64,000 nucleotides of DNA from an uncultured Actinomycetes bacterium (lineage in GTDB: Bacteria > Actinomycetota > UBA4738 > HRBIN12). Every line of letters begins with the position of its first letter. Within the stretch, counting starts at the first letter, position 1. Both the position numbers and the translations under genes were made by a program. This document shows, one piece after another, positions 1 through 11,278 of this stretch. The stretch lies in assembly GCA_963850315.1 (NCBI GenBank), contig CAWKKN010000006.1, positions 264,644-328,643 on the forward strand. Direction: 5' to 3'. The notes under the pieces were generated by a model, which was given only the letters and a program-made list of their open reading frames with translations, had not been told where the DNA came from and searched no databases.

Positions 1-918
1 CCCGCCGCCGGGGCCGGGGGCGCGGCCTTGTTCGATGGCGTCGAGGAACTCGGCGATCTGAGCTGTATACATCGGTTGCGTGCAGTGCTCGTATTCCTCC
101 GGCGGGGGCTCGGGTGGCCAGACGCGCGCATATCCTCGCGTCCCGTAGACCTCCGTGTCGGCTTCCAGGCCGCCCAGATGGGGCTGCCACCAGCCGGACT
201 CCACGACGCTGTTCGTCCCGTTCGACCATGCAGATCAAGAGGATGCCGTCGTCATCCACCGTGTAGCGGCCTTCGGCGTAGCGGGTGCCGACCACGGCGC
301 AGACACGCCCCGGCAGCGGGTCGCCCAGCAAGGAACCGCGCGGTATCGATCGCGTGCACGCCCATGTCCACCAGCGCGCCACCGCCCGCGAGCGCTGGAT
401 CCGTGAACCACCCCGAGGGGCCCCACCCGGCATGGACCCCGTATCCGCGCGTCTTGACGACCTCGCCCAGCTCGCCCGCCGCTATACGGTCACGTAGCGC
501 GATCACCTCGTCGCGGAAGCGCCAGCAGTGGGCGACCATGAGCGGCGGCGCCGGAGGCGGACGCGGCCTCGATCATCGAGTCGGCACTCGGCCACCGAGG
601 TCGCCATGGGCTTCTCCACCATCACATGCTTCCCGGCGCAGCAGCGCTATCGGTCTGCGGCGCATGCAGGGCGTTGGGCGTCGCCACGACCGCGGCGTCG
701 ACGCCGGGTCGCGCGCGAGCGCCTTCCCAGTCGGTGGTGACGCGCGGGATGCCGAACTCCTCGGCGAAGGCCCTGGCCGTCTCCTCGCGGTGGTTCGCCA
801 CCGCCACCAGCTCTGCGCCTGGCTGGGCGAGCACCCCGCGCGCGTGGAACTGCTGGATCCACCCGCAGCCGAGCAGCGCGACAGTCGGCGGCTGCTGCCA
901 CGAGTCAGCCTGGCTCAA
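1..918 (-). pseudogene. Gfo/Idh/MocA family oxidoreductase (frameshifted; 3' end runs off the left edge)
   Basis: ORF 622..1155(-) holds the Rossmann N-terminus (TVALLGCGWIQQFHARGV...AVVATPNALH). ORF 252..539(-) holds the C-domain (GGALVDMGVHAIDTARFL). My own translation of 1..250(-) in a third frame continues (EVYGTRGYARVW...MYTAQIAEFLDAIEQG) with no stop before the edge. TTG at 918 overlaps the upstream stop (TTGA). Confidence 0.75.
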
Positions 919-1730
919 CCCTTCACGCCGGTGAGCGTGACGCCTTCGATGAAAGCCTTCTGCGCAAGGAAGAACAGCACGATCACCGGCAGCATGAACA
1001 TCAAGCGAGGCCGCCATCTGGACGTTCCACAGCACGCCGCGCTGGGGGTGGTGAACTGCGACAGTCCGACCGATAGCGTGTAGATCTCTGGCGTTGCTGC
1101 CCGCGTAGACGAGCGGCCCGAAGAAGTCGTTCCAGCAGTAGAGGAACTGGAACAAGGCCCACCGCCATGATCGCCGGCTTCGCCAGCTTCACGACGATGT
1201 GCCACATGATCTGGAACTCGTTGGCGCCGTCGACCTTCGCGGCGTCGACCAGTTCCTGGGGGATCGTCAGGAAGAACTGGCTGAGCAGGAATATCGAGAA
1301 GGCGTCGCCGAAGAACGCCGGGACGATCAGCGGCTTCGAGGACCCGACCCAGTGGAGCCTGGTGAACATCACGAATAGCGGCACGATCGTGACCTGCGCG
1401 GGAAGCATCATCGTGGCGAGGAGCAGGAGGAACACGCCCTGCCGTCCCTCTCCACCGCATCCGCGACAGCGCGTACGCGACCGGGACCGAGGAGACAACG
1501 ACGCCGATCGTGGCGAGCATCGCATACACGACCGTGTTGTAGGTGTAGAGCGCAGAAGGGCACGATCTCGAAGACCCGCTTGAAGTTCGACCACAGGAAC
1601 GGGTGGGGCCACAGATGCGACGTGAGCGCTTGCTGCTGGGTCATGAGCGCGGTCAGCAGGATGAACACGAACGGCGTCAGGAAGATCACCGACGAAGAAG
1701 ATGGCCACGCGAGTGCTTCGCAACGGTCAT
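915..1730 (-). pseudogene. carbohydrate ABC transporter permease, MalG/CUT1 type (at least 3 frameshifts)
   Basis: Pieces lie in several frames: ATG 1730 (MTVAKHS, tail of ORF 1686..1910), 1408..1689 (IFLTPFVFILLTAL), 1001..1723 (TIVPLFVMFTRLHWVGS...VDAAKVDGANEFQIMWHIV), 622..1155 head (FQFLYCWNDFFGPLVY) and 915..1529 tail (MLPVIVLFFLAQKAFIEGVTLTGVKG). Confidence 0.8.
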
Positions 1731-1846
1731 CAGGAAGCTGCGCGCGGCGACACCGGCCGGTGGCTTCGCGCCGGACTCGGGTGGCGACAGATCGCGCCGC
1801 CGCCAGTGAGGCCCCTTCGCCATCGCGCGGACTGGCAACGTCGCCA

Positions 1847-2812
1847 TCAGCGGAAACCTCCCTGATAGAACACCCAGCGGTTGGAAGTCCTGATGAGCAC
1901 CAGCGTGCACACCAGGATGATGACGAACAGGACCCAGGCCATCGCCGACGCGTAGCCGTAGTGGAAGTACGTGGAAGCCCTGCTCGTAGAGCCAGATGCC
2001 GTAGAAGAGAGTCGAGCCCTGCGGGTAGCCGAGGTTGTTGGTGACCTGCTTGTCGAGCCGCCGCCCGCGGCGGACGCCACGTAGGCTTCAGTGAAGTACT
2101 GGAACCCGTAGATCACGCCGATCACCGCCGAGAAGAAGATGACGGGGCTGATCATCGGCAGCGTCACGCCTCGGAACTTCTGCCAGACCCAGCTCCCTCG
2201 ATGTCGGCCGACTCGTACAGATGCGCCGGGACGTCCAGCAGGGCCGACAGGAAGATGATCATCGTCTGTCCCACCCCCCAGAGCCCCAGGAGCACGAACC
2301 GGGCTTGGACCAGGTCGGGTCAGGAACCACAACGGGGCTCTGGATGTGGAAGAACCGCAGGACCGTGTCGAGCGGTCCGCCGGGGTTCAGCAGGAAGACG
2401 AACGCGAGTGCGGCGGCCACGGTGGGCACCATGGTCGGCACGAAGTAGATCGTCCGGTAAAGCGCCGACGCCCCCGTCGGGCAGGGTGAGAACGTCGCCG
2501 TGATATGGCGAAGAGGATGTTCAAGGGGGCTGACGAGCGATGATCCAGATCGGTGTTCCTGCAGCGACGTCCAGAAGAACGGGTCGTGGTGAACATCGCC
2601 TTGTAGTTGGCGAGCCCTACCCACTGGGGCTGCTGACAGCAGGTCGTAGTGGGTGAACGAGTAGTACAGGGTCGCGAGGCTCGGGTAGACGACGAAGATC
2701 AGGAACCCGAGCAACCAGGGCGAGAGGAAGAGCAGGACCGTGAGGTAGTTGCGGCGCGACCGGCGCCGGCGGAGCGCACGCGCTCCGCCGACACCGTGGT
2801 GCTGGCTACCAC
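1847..2812 (-). pseudogene. carbohydrate ABC transporter permease, MalF/CUT1 type (frameshifted)
   Basis: ORF 2259..2714 (GFLIFVVYPSLATLYYSFTHYDLLS...RTIYFVPTMVPTVAAALAFVFLLNP) and ORF 1847..2332 (VTLPMISPVIFFSAVIGVIYGFQYFTEAYV...WVLFVIILVCTLVLI) are the N- and C-terminal parts of one permease in different frames. The start (GTG about 2812) is approximate. Confidence 0.72.
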
Positions 2813-2840
2813 GTGCCGCTCACCCTCGACCCGGAGATGC

Positions 2841-4194
2841 CTAACCCAAGCGAGGACTGGTTGTCGATCTGGGTACGCCAGCGCCTGAAGACCCGCCTGC
2901 AGGATCAGGAATCTTGCCCGCCTCCCACTTGTCTACGAAGGCAGACCAAAGCGTCTGATCGCCGTCGCCGATCGGGGTCAACTCCTTGAACCCCGACTTC
3001 GGGTTGGCGAAGATCTCCATGAACGTCTTGAAATGCGGATCCGCCGTCAAGACGGGGTCTTTTAGCGCTTCGAACGTGGTCGGCACGTTCCCGAGGGTCT
3101 CGGCCAGCGTGCGTTTGGGCTTGCGTATCGGTTGCCAGGAACTTCGCCAACAGCCACGCCTCTGCGGGATGCTGCGCGCCCCGTGGGATGCCGATCGTAT
3201 CGCCGCCGATCTGCCCCGCCCGTAAAGGCTCGCGATGTTGTCGGCGACCGGGAATGGAGCCGTCGCGTAGTTCACCGTCGACTTGTCGTCCTTGATGAAC
3301 GCAGTGCGCCACTCGCCGTCGAAGAGCATCGCGATCTTGCCGACTTCGAAACCGTGACTCGTCGACCATTCCGAGTCTGGCCCACCGAGCTCAGCAGCGA
3401 ACGCTGTGAGCTTCTTGTATCCGTCCGGGCCGTACACGTCGGCGATCAGCTTCTTCTGCCACTCCAGGAGAGCCGCCCAGGAGGGATCGGAGGCGAACGC
3501 AGACTTGCCGTTCGAGTCTGGTACCACTTCGACTGCGTGTTGTTGCCGAGGAAGAAGTTCGCGCTCTCATAGAACGAATTGCAGAGGCATGAAGCCGGCG
3601 ACCTTGATCGAGCCGTCGGGGTTCATGACCGTTAGGGCTTTGGCGTCGGTCTCCAGCTCGGACAGCGTCTTCGGCGGCGCGGTGATGCCCTGCTGGGTGA
3701 ACATGTCGTTGTTGTAGTAGAGGCCGTAGGCATCCGACAAGACTGGGAGCGTGCACTGGCACACCCTTGTAGCTCGTGTAGCGCAGTGCCTGTTCGGGGA
3801 TGACCTTCGCTGATGTCGATCTCGTCCTGGCCAGGAACGGGGCCAGGTCCTGGTAGGCCTGGCTGGAGCAGAACTTCGCGACGTTGTCCGGACCAGCGCT
3901 GATCGTCATGTCCGGCGGCTGTGCCGGCGTTGATCGCCCGGACGATAGTCCTGGTCGCTCTTGGCCGGGGTGTGGACGATCGTGATCCACGGGTACTTGG
4001 CCCTGAATGAGTCGAGCACAGCGCTGGTACTGCTTGAACTCATGGTCCGTGTAGAAGCTCCACACGTTCAGAGTCACCGGCGCGTGTGAGGCGTTGCTCG
4101 CCGTGTCGACCGGCGACGGGGCGCCTCCGCCCGAACCTCCACAGGCAGTCGCCAGCACTCCAGAAACGATCAAGAGGATGAAGATTCTTTTCAC
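2841..4194 (-). pseudogene. sugar ABC transporter extracellular solute-binding lipoprotein (frameshifted)
   Basis: Lipoprotein signal VKRIFILLIVSGVLATAC starts at GTG 4194 with AGGAGG about 9 nt upstream. Family-1 SBP sequence is then scattered over ORFs 3391..4260, 3567..3764 and 2841..3527 (TLNVWSFYTDHEFKQYQ; PDGSIKVAGFMP; FANPKSGFKELTPIGDGDQTLWSAFVDKWEAGKIPD). Confidence 0.75.
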
Positions 4195-4275
4195 AGTGGA
4201 AGACCTCCTAGGTCCGAGGATGGGAGTCCCTCGTAAAGCGGTTCTTTCTCCATTCGCCACGCCCCTCCGAGCGTT

Positions 4276-5426
4276 TCATGCCGTCTCGTCCGCCATGACG
4301 GCCGTACGCGCGAAGAGCTGTTCCGGGCGGATCCAGGGCCAGGGGACCGCACCGATCAACTCGGCCTCATCGCCCAGTGCCGAGACCTCGAGCGCGGGGG
4401 CGGAACGGGGAAAGCCCGGCCAACTCGGCCCGGATCGGCTCCAGCAGCAGGTCCACAGTGCGCCCCACACCTCCACCCAGTATCACGAGCTCCGGGTCGA
4501 GGACGGGGCCACCGCGGCGATCGCCAGCGCGATCCGCTCGGCCACAACGCGACGACCGTGCCGCCGCGGCCTCGATACCTCGCCGGGCGGCATCGAAGAT
4601 GCGCCTTGGCGTGAGTTCGGCGGCAGGCCTCGGCCGCGCGAGCCAGGCGCACGACGCCGGACGGCGCCCAGCCCGCCCTCGAGCGCACCTCGGCGGCGGA
4701 TTGGTCGCGCCGTGGGGGTCGGCCGACGGCGAGCGGCAGGTAGCCGACCTCGCCCGCCGCCCCGCTCGCGCCCCGGTACAGACGCGCCGTTCAAGGACCA
4801 GCCCCATCCCGACGCCGGTGCCCACGTGCAGGTAGACGAAGTCGTCCGACATCCTTGCCAAGACCACGCCAGCGCTCGCCGAGGGTCGCGAGGTTCACGT
4901 CGTTCTCGAACGCCAGGCCGCGTGCCCAGCTCCTTGCTGCAGCGCGTCGAGGAGGCCCTGGCGGCCCCACCCGGGCAGGTTGTAGGCGAGGGCCACCTGG
5001 CCGCTGGCTGGGCTCGAAAACGCCTGGGCTCCCCACGACCACGACCGTGACCTGGCTCCAGCGGATCCCGGCGTCGGCGGCCAGGCGGTGGCCGATCTGG
5101 CCCATCTGCGCGATCAGCGAGGCCGCGCTTCGGGCGCGGGCGCGCTCGTCGCGCCTGGCGACGATCTCGCCGGTGAGGTCGGCGATGGCGGCGCGCACGC
5201 GGTCCCGGCCCACGTCCAGGCCCACGACCCAGCCCGCCGTCGGGTTCAGTTCGTACAGAGACGGCCGTGGGACCCTTGCCGCCGGAGGTTCGCCCGGCCT
5301 CGCGAACGAGGTCCGGCGCGCTCCAGCGCCGACCAGCGCCTGCGACACCGTCGGCTTGGACAGTCCGGAGTCGCGAGCGATCTGCGCGCGGGACACCGGG
5401 CCGACGCGCCGGATGCACTCCAGCAC
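4276..5426 (-). pseudogene. ROK family transcriptional regulator, CsnR/NagC-like (frameshifted)
   Basis: Winged-helix N-terminus ECIRRVGPVSRAQIARDSGLSKPTVSQAL, plus ROK fold motifs (WVVGLDVGRDRVRAA; FENDVNLATLGE; YLHVGTGVGMGLV; DPELVILGGGVG). These are spread over ORFs 4791..5426, 4367..4867 and 4276..4476. Confidence 0.8.
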
Positions 5427-5522
5427 GGATCCGCTCGTTGATCGCGCGAAGGAGGCTCGGCGTCCCGGCGGCGAAGGCCTGATCGCCGCCCGTGAGCCCT
5501 CCGTCGCCCTATGCCGAGGTGC

Positions 5523-5539
5523 TAAGGAAACTTTCCTAA
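5523..5539. promoter_or_regulatory. 17-bp palindromic operator candidate TAAGGAAACTTTCCTAA (CsnR-box-like), upstream of the ROK gene
   Basis: An AT-rich inverted repeat (AGGAAA-C-TTTCCT core) about 100 bp upstream of the ROK start at 5426. Its reverse complement matches the site at 9561..9577 in 16 of 17 positions. Confidence 0.6.
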
Positions 5540-5577
5540 CTATTCGGGCGGATGCTACGCTGCCGGTTCCGGGCCGG

Positions 5578-6937
5578 TCAAGGCAGGTCCGTCAGGAGCG
5601 CGGCATCGAACCTGGGGAGGGAGGCGGCGTGCGCCGCGAGATACGCGTCCACGAGGCGATCGCTGCGCGATCCGAGGCTCCGGACCAGCGGATGGACCGC
5701 CAGGGCCTTCACCGCAGAGCGCACGATCGCCCGTGAGCGCGGCCTCGGCGGTGAGGGCGGCGTGGGCGGCCACCTGGCGGACGAGCCCGCTGACCTCGAG
5801 GGGCAGAGTCCCCTGCGGGATCGGCTGCCGGCCCGCCTCCGTCGAACCGCGCCGGCGTCTCCACGACGGCGCCGGTCGGGCAGGTCGTCCGACCTGGCCC
5901 TCGTTCGGCAGGTTCAGGATGAACCGCCGCGCGGGCTCGTCGAGGAGCGTCGCGGCCAGATCTGGACGGCGAAGTCGCCGTGCTCCTCGCTGGCCCGCGC
6001 CATGGACGGCACGCGGGAACTCGGCGTCGGCCTGCGAGCGGTAGCTCGCGACGACGTCGGGCAGGATCGCCATGACCTCCTCGGCCCGCGTGCGCCCGGC
6101 CGCCCGCTGCTTCGCAAGCACCTCGTCGTGGAAGAAGAAGTACTGCAGGTACTCGCTGGGGACGTGGCGCAGGATGCGGAACAGGCGAACGATGTGCCGG
6201 GTCTCCTCGTCGGTCTCCAGAGCAGCCGAGGTCGAGCCCGTCCAGACGTGTCCCACAGCTCCGCGGTGACGTCGCCGCCCGCGACGCGGACCGCGCGCGT
6301 GAACGTCATGTGGTTGGTGCCGCACGTGTCCAGCTCGACGTCGGCCGGCGTCCACGCCCATCAGCTCGCGCGATGAACGCCGCCTCGCCGGCGGTCTGAT
6401 CGCAGAGCCCCAGGAACGGTACATCCGGCCCGAAGCGCGCCATCGCCTCGCTCACGACCTGCACCGGGTTCGTGTAGTCGAGCAGCACAGGCGCCCGCGG
6501 CGCCACTCGCTCGCGAAGCTCCTCGGCGATCTCCAGGACGATCGGCACCGAGCGCAGCGCCATCGCGAACCCGCCCGGCCCCGCGGTCTCCTGCCCGACG
6601 ACCCCGTGGTCGATCGCGATCCGCTCGTCCAGGTGCCGCGCCGCGAAACCGCCCGGGCGGAACGCCGCCAGCACCACGTCGCCGCCCTCCATCGCGCGCA
6701 GGCGATCCGCCTGCGCCTCGACGCGGATGTCCGCCGGCGCCCCGCGGGATCGAAGGATGCCTTCGCTGTCAGGCGCCGCTGCAGTTCCATGGCGTCGCCG
6801 ATCGATGTCCTGCAGCACCACGGTCGCGTCCGCGAAGGCCTCGATGCGCGTGCACGAGCCCGAAGGCGATCCCCGGCATGTAGGCGGAACCTCCGCCAAC
6901 GATGCAACCACGTCATGCGCGCACACACGGCGCGCAA
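5578..6937 (-). pseudogene. glycoside hydrolase family 4 enzyme, copy 1 (frameshifted)
   Basis: IVGGGSAYMPG N-terminus (own translation near 6900). ORF 6306..6926 gives GQETAGPGGFAMALRSVPIVLEIAEEL...LLDYTNPVQVVSEAM...FLGLCDQ. ORF 5555..6424 gives VPSEYLQYFFFHDEVLAKQRAAGRTRAEEVM. The C-terminal stop TGA 5578-5580 is reached only in a third frame. Confidence 0.8.
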
Positions 6938-6970
6938 CCTAGCAGCCCGACCGAAAAGGAGATGAGGACG

Positions 6971-8220
6971 ATGGCAGAGCTCGCCATCAACGGCGGCACG
7001 CCGGTGCGGGCTACCGGCCTACCCCGCATGGCCCGCGCCCGACGACGAGTACGTCGCCGCGGTCGACCGACGTCGTGCGCAGCGGCGAGTGGGGCGGGTT
7101 CCCCGAGCCCGGCGTCAACGCGGCCGCGTTCGAGGAGGCGTTCGCCGCGTATCAGGGCGCCAAGGCACGGCGTGCTCGATGATGAACGGCACCGTCACGA
7201 TGGAGGTGGCCTGCAAGGCGCTCGACATCGGGTGGGGCGACGAGGTCATCGTGCCCGCGCTCACGTTCTCGGCCACGGCGTACGCGCCCATGGCGGCGGG
7301 CGCGCTCCCCGTGTTCGTCGACGTCACCGCCGGAGACATGGACGATCGATCCCGATCAGGTCGAGGCCGCGATCACGCCGCGCACGAAGGCGATCCTTCC
7401 CGTGCATCTGGGCCATCAGATGGCCGACATGGACCGGATCATGGAGATCGCCGACCGCCCACGGCCTGGCGGTGATCGAGGACTGCGCCCACGCGCACGG
7501 CCAGCAGTGGAAAGGGCTCAGGGCGCCGGCTGCATCGGCGACTTCGGCTCGTTCAGCCACCAGTCCTCGAAGATCCTGACGTCCGGGGAGGGCGGCACCT
7601 TGCTCACGAACGACGAGGCGCTCGCGCTCGGCGCGCGCACTCGATCATCGACTGCGGCGCGCCAAGGATGCCGACGGAGAGCGAGTTCACGTTCGGTGCC
7701 AACTACCGGTCTGGGCGAGTTGAACGCGGCGCTGCTGCGTGGTCGCGATCGGCCGCTTCCCGGCGCAGCAGGAGGCGCGCGCGGTGACCGGCAAGCGGTT
7801 CGAGGCGCTGGCGGCCGAGATCCCGGGCGTGCGGGTGATGCCGCACGACGAGCGCATCACCCGATGGAGCTTCTACAACTACATCCTGGCGATCGACCCG
7901 GAGCGGTTCGGCGGCGCGACGAACGAGGTCGTGTGTGCGGCGATGGAGGCGGAGGGCATCCCCGCCGAGGTGCAGTACCCCTCGATGAACCGCTACGAGC
8001 TGTTCCAGCCGGCGCTGTCGCGACTGCCGGTGGCGGTGGAGCACGCGGATCGCCTGGACATGGCGACGATGTCCTTCCCCGTAGCCGAGGCCGCGGGACA
8101 GCGAGAGTCCGTCTACTTCATGGAGAACGTCTTCCGCGATGGCGACACAGGGCATCCAGGACGCCGCCGAGGCCCTCGCGAAGATCCAGCGCAACGCCGC
8201 CGAACTCCGCCGCCGCGTAG
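6971..8220 (+). pseudogene. DegT/DnrJ/EryC1/StrS family PLP aminotransferase (frameshifted)
   Basis: MAELAINGGTPVR from ATG 6971 with AAGGAG upstream. Other motifs: [35 protein letters not shown]; [37 protein letters not shown]; [20 protein letters not shown]. These are spread over ORFs 6902..7579, 7089..7475, 7402..8220 and 7739..8386. The 3' end is uncertain. Confidence 0.78.
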
Positions 8221-8245
8221 GTGGCTCCGGAGCTTGTCCTCGGCC

Positions 8246-9526
8246 CTACGCTTCGCGGAAGAACCGAGGGAGGTGGTCGCGGTTCTGCTCGAGCAGGTCG
8301 TCGAGCATCGGCTTGGCCACGTCGTAGTCCCCACCAGCGGGTTGGTCATGAGCGCCTTCAGCGCCGTGCGCCTCGGTCTCCCGTGATGGCGGCCTCGACG
8401 GTCAGGAGCTCGTAGGCCTTCGCGTGTTGGACCAGCGCCGAGCATCTCGGGCGCCAAGGGGTCCACCGGCAGCGGGTGGGCGCCGTCGACGTCGACCGTG
8501 GCCGCGACCTCCACGACAGCGTCGTCGGGCAGGTTCGGGATCGCGCCGTCGTTGCGCACGTTCACGACCTGCACGTCGCCGGTGCCGGCGTGCAGGGAGG
8601 CGATGAGCGCCGCCGCCGCGTCGCTGTAGAACGCCCCGCCGCGCTCCTCCAGCAGCTTGGGCTTCGTGTCGAGGGCGGGATCGCGGTACATCTCCAGGAG
8701 CCCGGCCTCGATCTCCATGACCTCCTCGGCGCGGGTCCTTGCCGGTCTTCTGCTCCTCCAGCACACGGCTCCGTCAGGTAGTAGTAGTGCAGGTAGTAGC
8801 TGGGGATCGCGCCGACGGCCCGGATCAGCTCCGCGGGCATATCCGTCTCCTCGGCCACCATGTCGATGGCGGTGTCCAGGATCTCGCGCGAGCCGGTCCA
8901 CGCCGTCCACCAGCACCTTGCGCTCCCACGTCAGGTGGTTGAGCCCCACGTGCTCCAGTTGCACGCGCTCGGGCTCCACGCCGAAATGTCGCGCGAACGC
9001 TCGCTGGAACCCGATCGCCACGTTGCACAGGCCGATCGCGTGATGGCCGCGGTCCAGCAGCGCCTGCGTCACGAGCCCGGTGGGGTTGGTGAAGTCCACG
9101 AACCACGCGCCCGGCGCGCCCCGGCGTGCGGTCTCCTCGGCGAGCTCCAGGACCACCGGTACGGTCCGCAGCGCCTTCGCGAAGCCGCCCGGACCGGTCG
9201 TCTCCTGGCCGATGCAGCCGTACTTCGGCGGGATGGTCTCGTCCTTGAAGCGGGCGGCCTGGCCGCCCACGCGCAGCTGCACGATGACGAAGTCGGCCCC
9301 TTCGAGCGCGCGGCTCGCGGTCGCCGGTGAGCACCAGCTCGCCCTCCCAGCCCGCCTTGCGCATCATCCGTTCGGCGAGAGCGCCCACGATCGCCAGGCG
9401 CTCGGGATCGATGTCGAGCAGGACGAGCTGATCCACGGGGAGCCGGTCGCCGCGGGTCACGAACCCCTCCACCAACTCCGGCGTGTACGTGCTCCCCCCG
9501 CCCACGACCGCTACCTTCACACCCAT
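8246..9526 (-). pseudogene. glycoside hydrolase family 4 enzyme, copy 2, 6-phospho-beta-glucosidase-like (frameshifted)
   Basis: MGVKVAVVGGGSTYTPELVEG (Met at 9526 in ORF 8825..9586). GQETTGPGGFAKALRTVPVVLELAEE...FVDFTNPTGLVTQAL...HVGLNHLTWERKVLVDG (ORF 8113..9282). SYYLHYYYL (ORF 8562..8861). Stop TAG 8246-8248 is in yet another frame. Confidence 0.8.
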
Positions 9527-9551
9527 CGCGCCGCATCGTACACTCGCGCCG

Positions 9552-10643
9552 ATGAAATCGTTAGGAAAGTTTCCTGACCCATTCATCGCGGAGATCTCGG
9601 GGCAGCCGGACGCACTCCGGCGCGGCCGCCGAAGGGCTCACGGACCAGCGGCGAAGCGCTCGCGCGCATCGCCGAAACCGCGACCGGCCGCACCGTGGTC
9701 TTCACAGGGATGGGCAGCTCGTACGACGCCTGCTACCCGGCGGTGGTCGAGCTCGCGCGCGCGGGGATCGCCGCGGTGATGCTCGATGCCGCGGAGCTGC
9801 TCCACTTCCGAATGGACATGCTGGGGGCGCGCACGCTGCTCGTCGCGGTGAGCCAATCCGGCGAGAGCGCCGAGGTCGTGCGGGTCGTCCGAGGAGTGCC
9901 GTACGCGCGCCGGCGCGAACCGCCCGTCGTCGCGGTCACGAACGGCATCGGCGAACACACTGCGCGGCGCTGGCCGACCCCGGGATCGACACCCGCGCGG
10001 GCGAGGAGACCGGGCCCTCGACCATGACCTTCGCCGGGTCGCTCGTCGCGGTGGGCGCGCTCGGCCGCGTCCTGGCGCGGCGGCCCCGGCGAACGGAGGT
10101 CGCTCGCCGAGCTCGGCGCGGCCGCCGAGCGCGCCGCGCAGGCGATCGGAACGGCTGCTGGGCGACGCCTGCGCTGCCCGAGCGACCTCGTTGTCCTGGC
10201 TCGGCGACCGAGCGACCGTCGTGATCTTGGGCCGCGGCCCCGCCCGCGCCGCGGCCGAGATGGGGGCGCTCACGATCAAGGAGGCGGTCGGCATGCCCGT
10301 CGAATCGCTGCAGACGGCCCAGTTCCGGCACGGCCCTCTCGAGCTGGCGGGCCCGGGCCTCGCCGCGATCGTCATCGCGACCGAGCCCGAGACCCACGCC
10401 CTCGACCTGGGCCTGGCCCGCGAGCTCGCCGACGAGGGCGCCGCGGTCCTGCTGATCGCCGAGGAGCCGCCGGCATCGGCACGCCCGAGGAGATCGCCGA
10501 GGTCGCGACTCGGCGCGCTCGACCGAGCCATCGCCCCGGCCGTCTCGATCCTGCCGGCCCAGCTCCTGGCGTGGCGCCTGGCGACGCTCCGCGGTCGAGA
10601 GCCCGGCGCCTATCTACCGCGCCTCGAAGGTGACGACCCGTGA
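9552..10643 (+). pseudogene. SIS domain sugar-phosphate isomerase/deaminase-like protein (frameshifted)
   Basis: ATG 9552 (MKSLGKFPDPFIAEISGQPDAL). VFTGMGSSYDACYPAVVEL...LLVAVSQSGESAEVV (ORF 9695..10027). VVILGRGPARAAAEMGALTIKEAVGMPVESLQTAQFRHGPLE (ORF 10191..10643). These are two SIS subdomains in different frames. Confidence 0.7.
9561..9577. promoter_or_regulatory. second copy of the palindromic operator candidate, TTAGGAAAGTTTCCTGA
   Basis: Lies between the divergent GH4 copy 2 start (9526) and the SIS gene (ATG 9552). It matches the reverse complement of 5523..5539 in 16 of 17 positions. Confidence 0.6.
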
Positions 10644-11278
10644 GTGACGACACGCCGGAAGGGTCTGCGCGTCGCGCTGACCTTCGATGCGGAACACCCC
10701 GACCGCCCTGCGGCTGCCCCCCGGGCAACGCGGAGCGCATCCTCGACACCCTCGCACGCTTCGGACGTGCGCGCGACGTTCTTCGTGCAGGGCCGATGGG
10801 CGGATCCCAGCCCGACACCGCCCGACGTATCGCCGACGACGGGCATCTGGTGGGCACATCACTCCCACTACCACGCCCGCATGCCGCTGCTGTCGGGTGA
10901 GCGGATGGAGTGCCGACGTCTCCGGAGGCGCGCAGCGGTCATCCAGCGAAACACCGGGCGCGACCCCCACCCGTGGTTCCGCTGTCCCGTTCGGCGACGG
11001 GCCACGACGACCCGCGCGTGCTGTCGAAAGCTCACGCGCTGGGGTATCGCAACGTCCACTGGGACGTGGAGCTGGAGGACTGGGAGCCCTGGCGAACCGG
11101 CGACGGCGATCGCCGCCGACGCGATCGACGGGGTGCGAGCGCACGGGGACGGCGCCGTCGTTCTGCTGCACACCTGGCCGGGCGGGACCGGCGACGCGGT
11201 GGGCCGCTGATCACGGGCCTGAGGGAGATCGCGACGCAACCTTCGTCGACGGTCGATGAGCTGGAGGTGCTTCCGTGA
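10644..11278 (+). pseudogene. polysaccharide deacetylase, NodB-homology family (frameshifted)
   Basis: NodB motifs are split across frames: ALTFDAEHP and VRATFFVQGRWA (ORF 10644..11210), VHWDVELEDWEP and GPLITGLREI...VDELEVLP (ORF 10910..11278), AVVLLHTWP. Confidence 0.75.
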
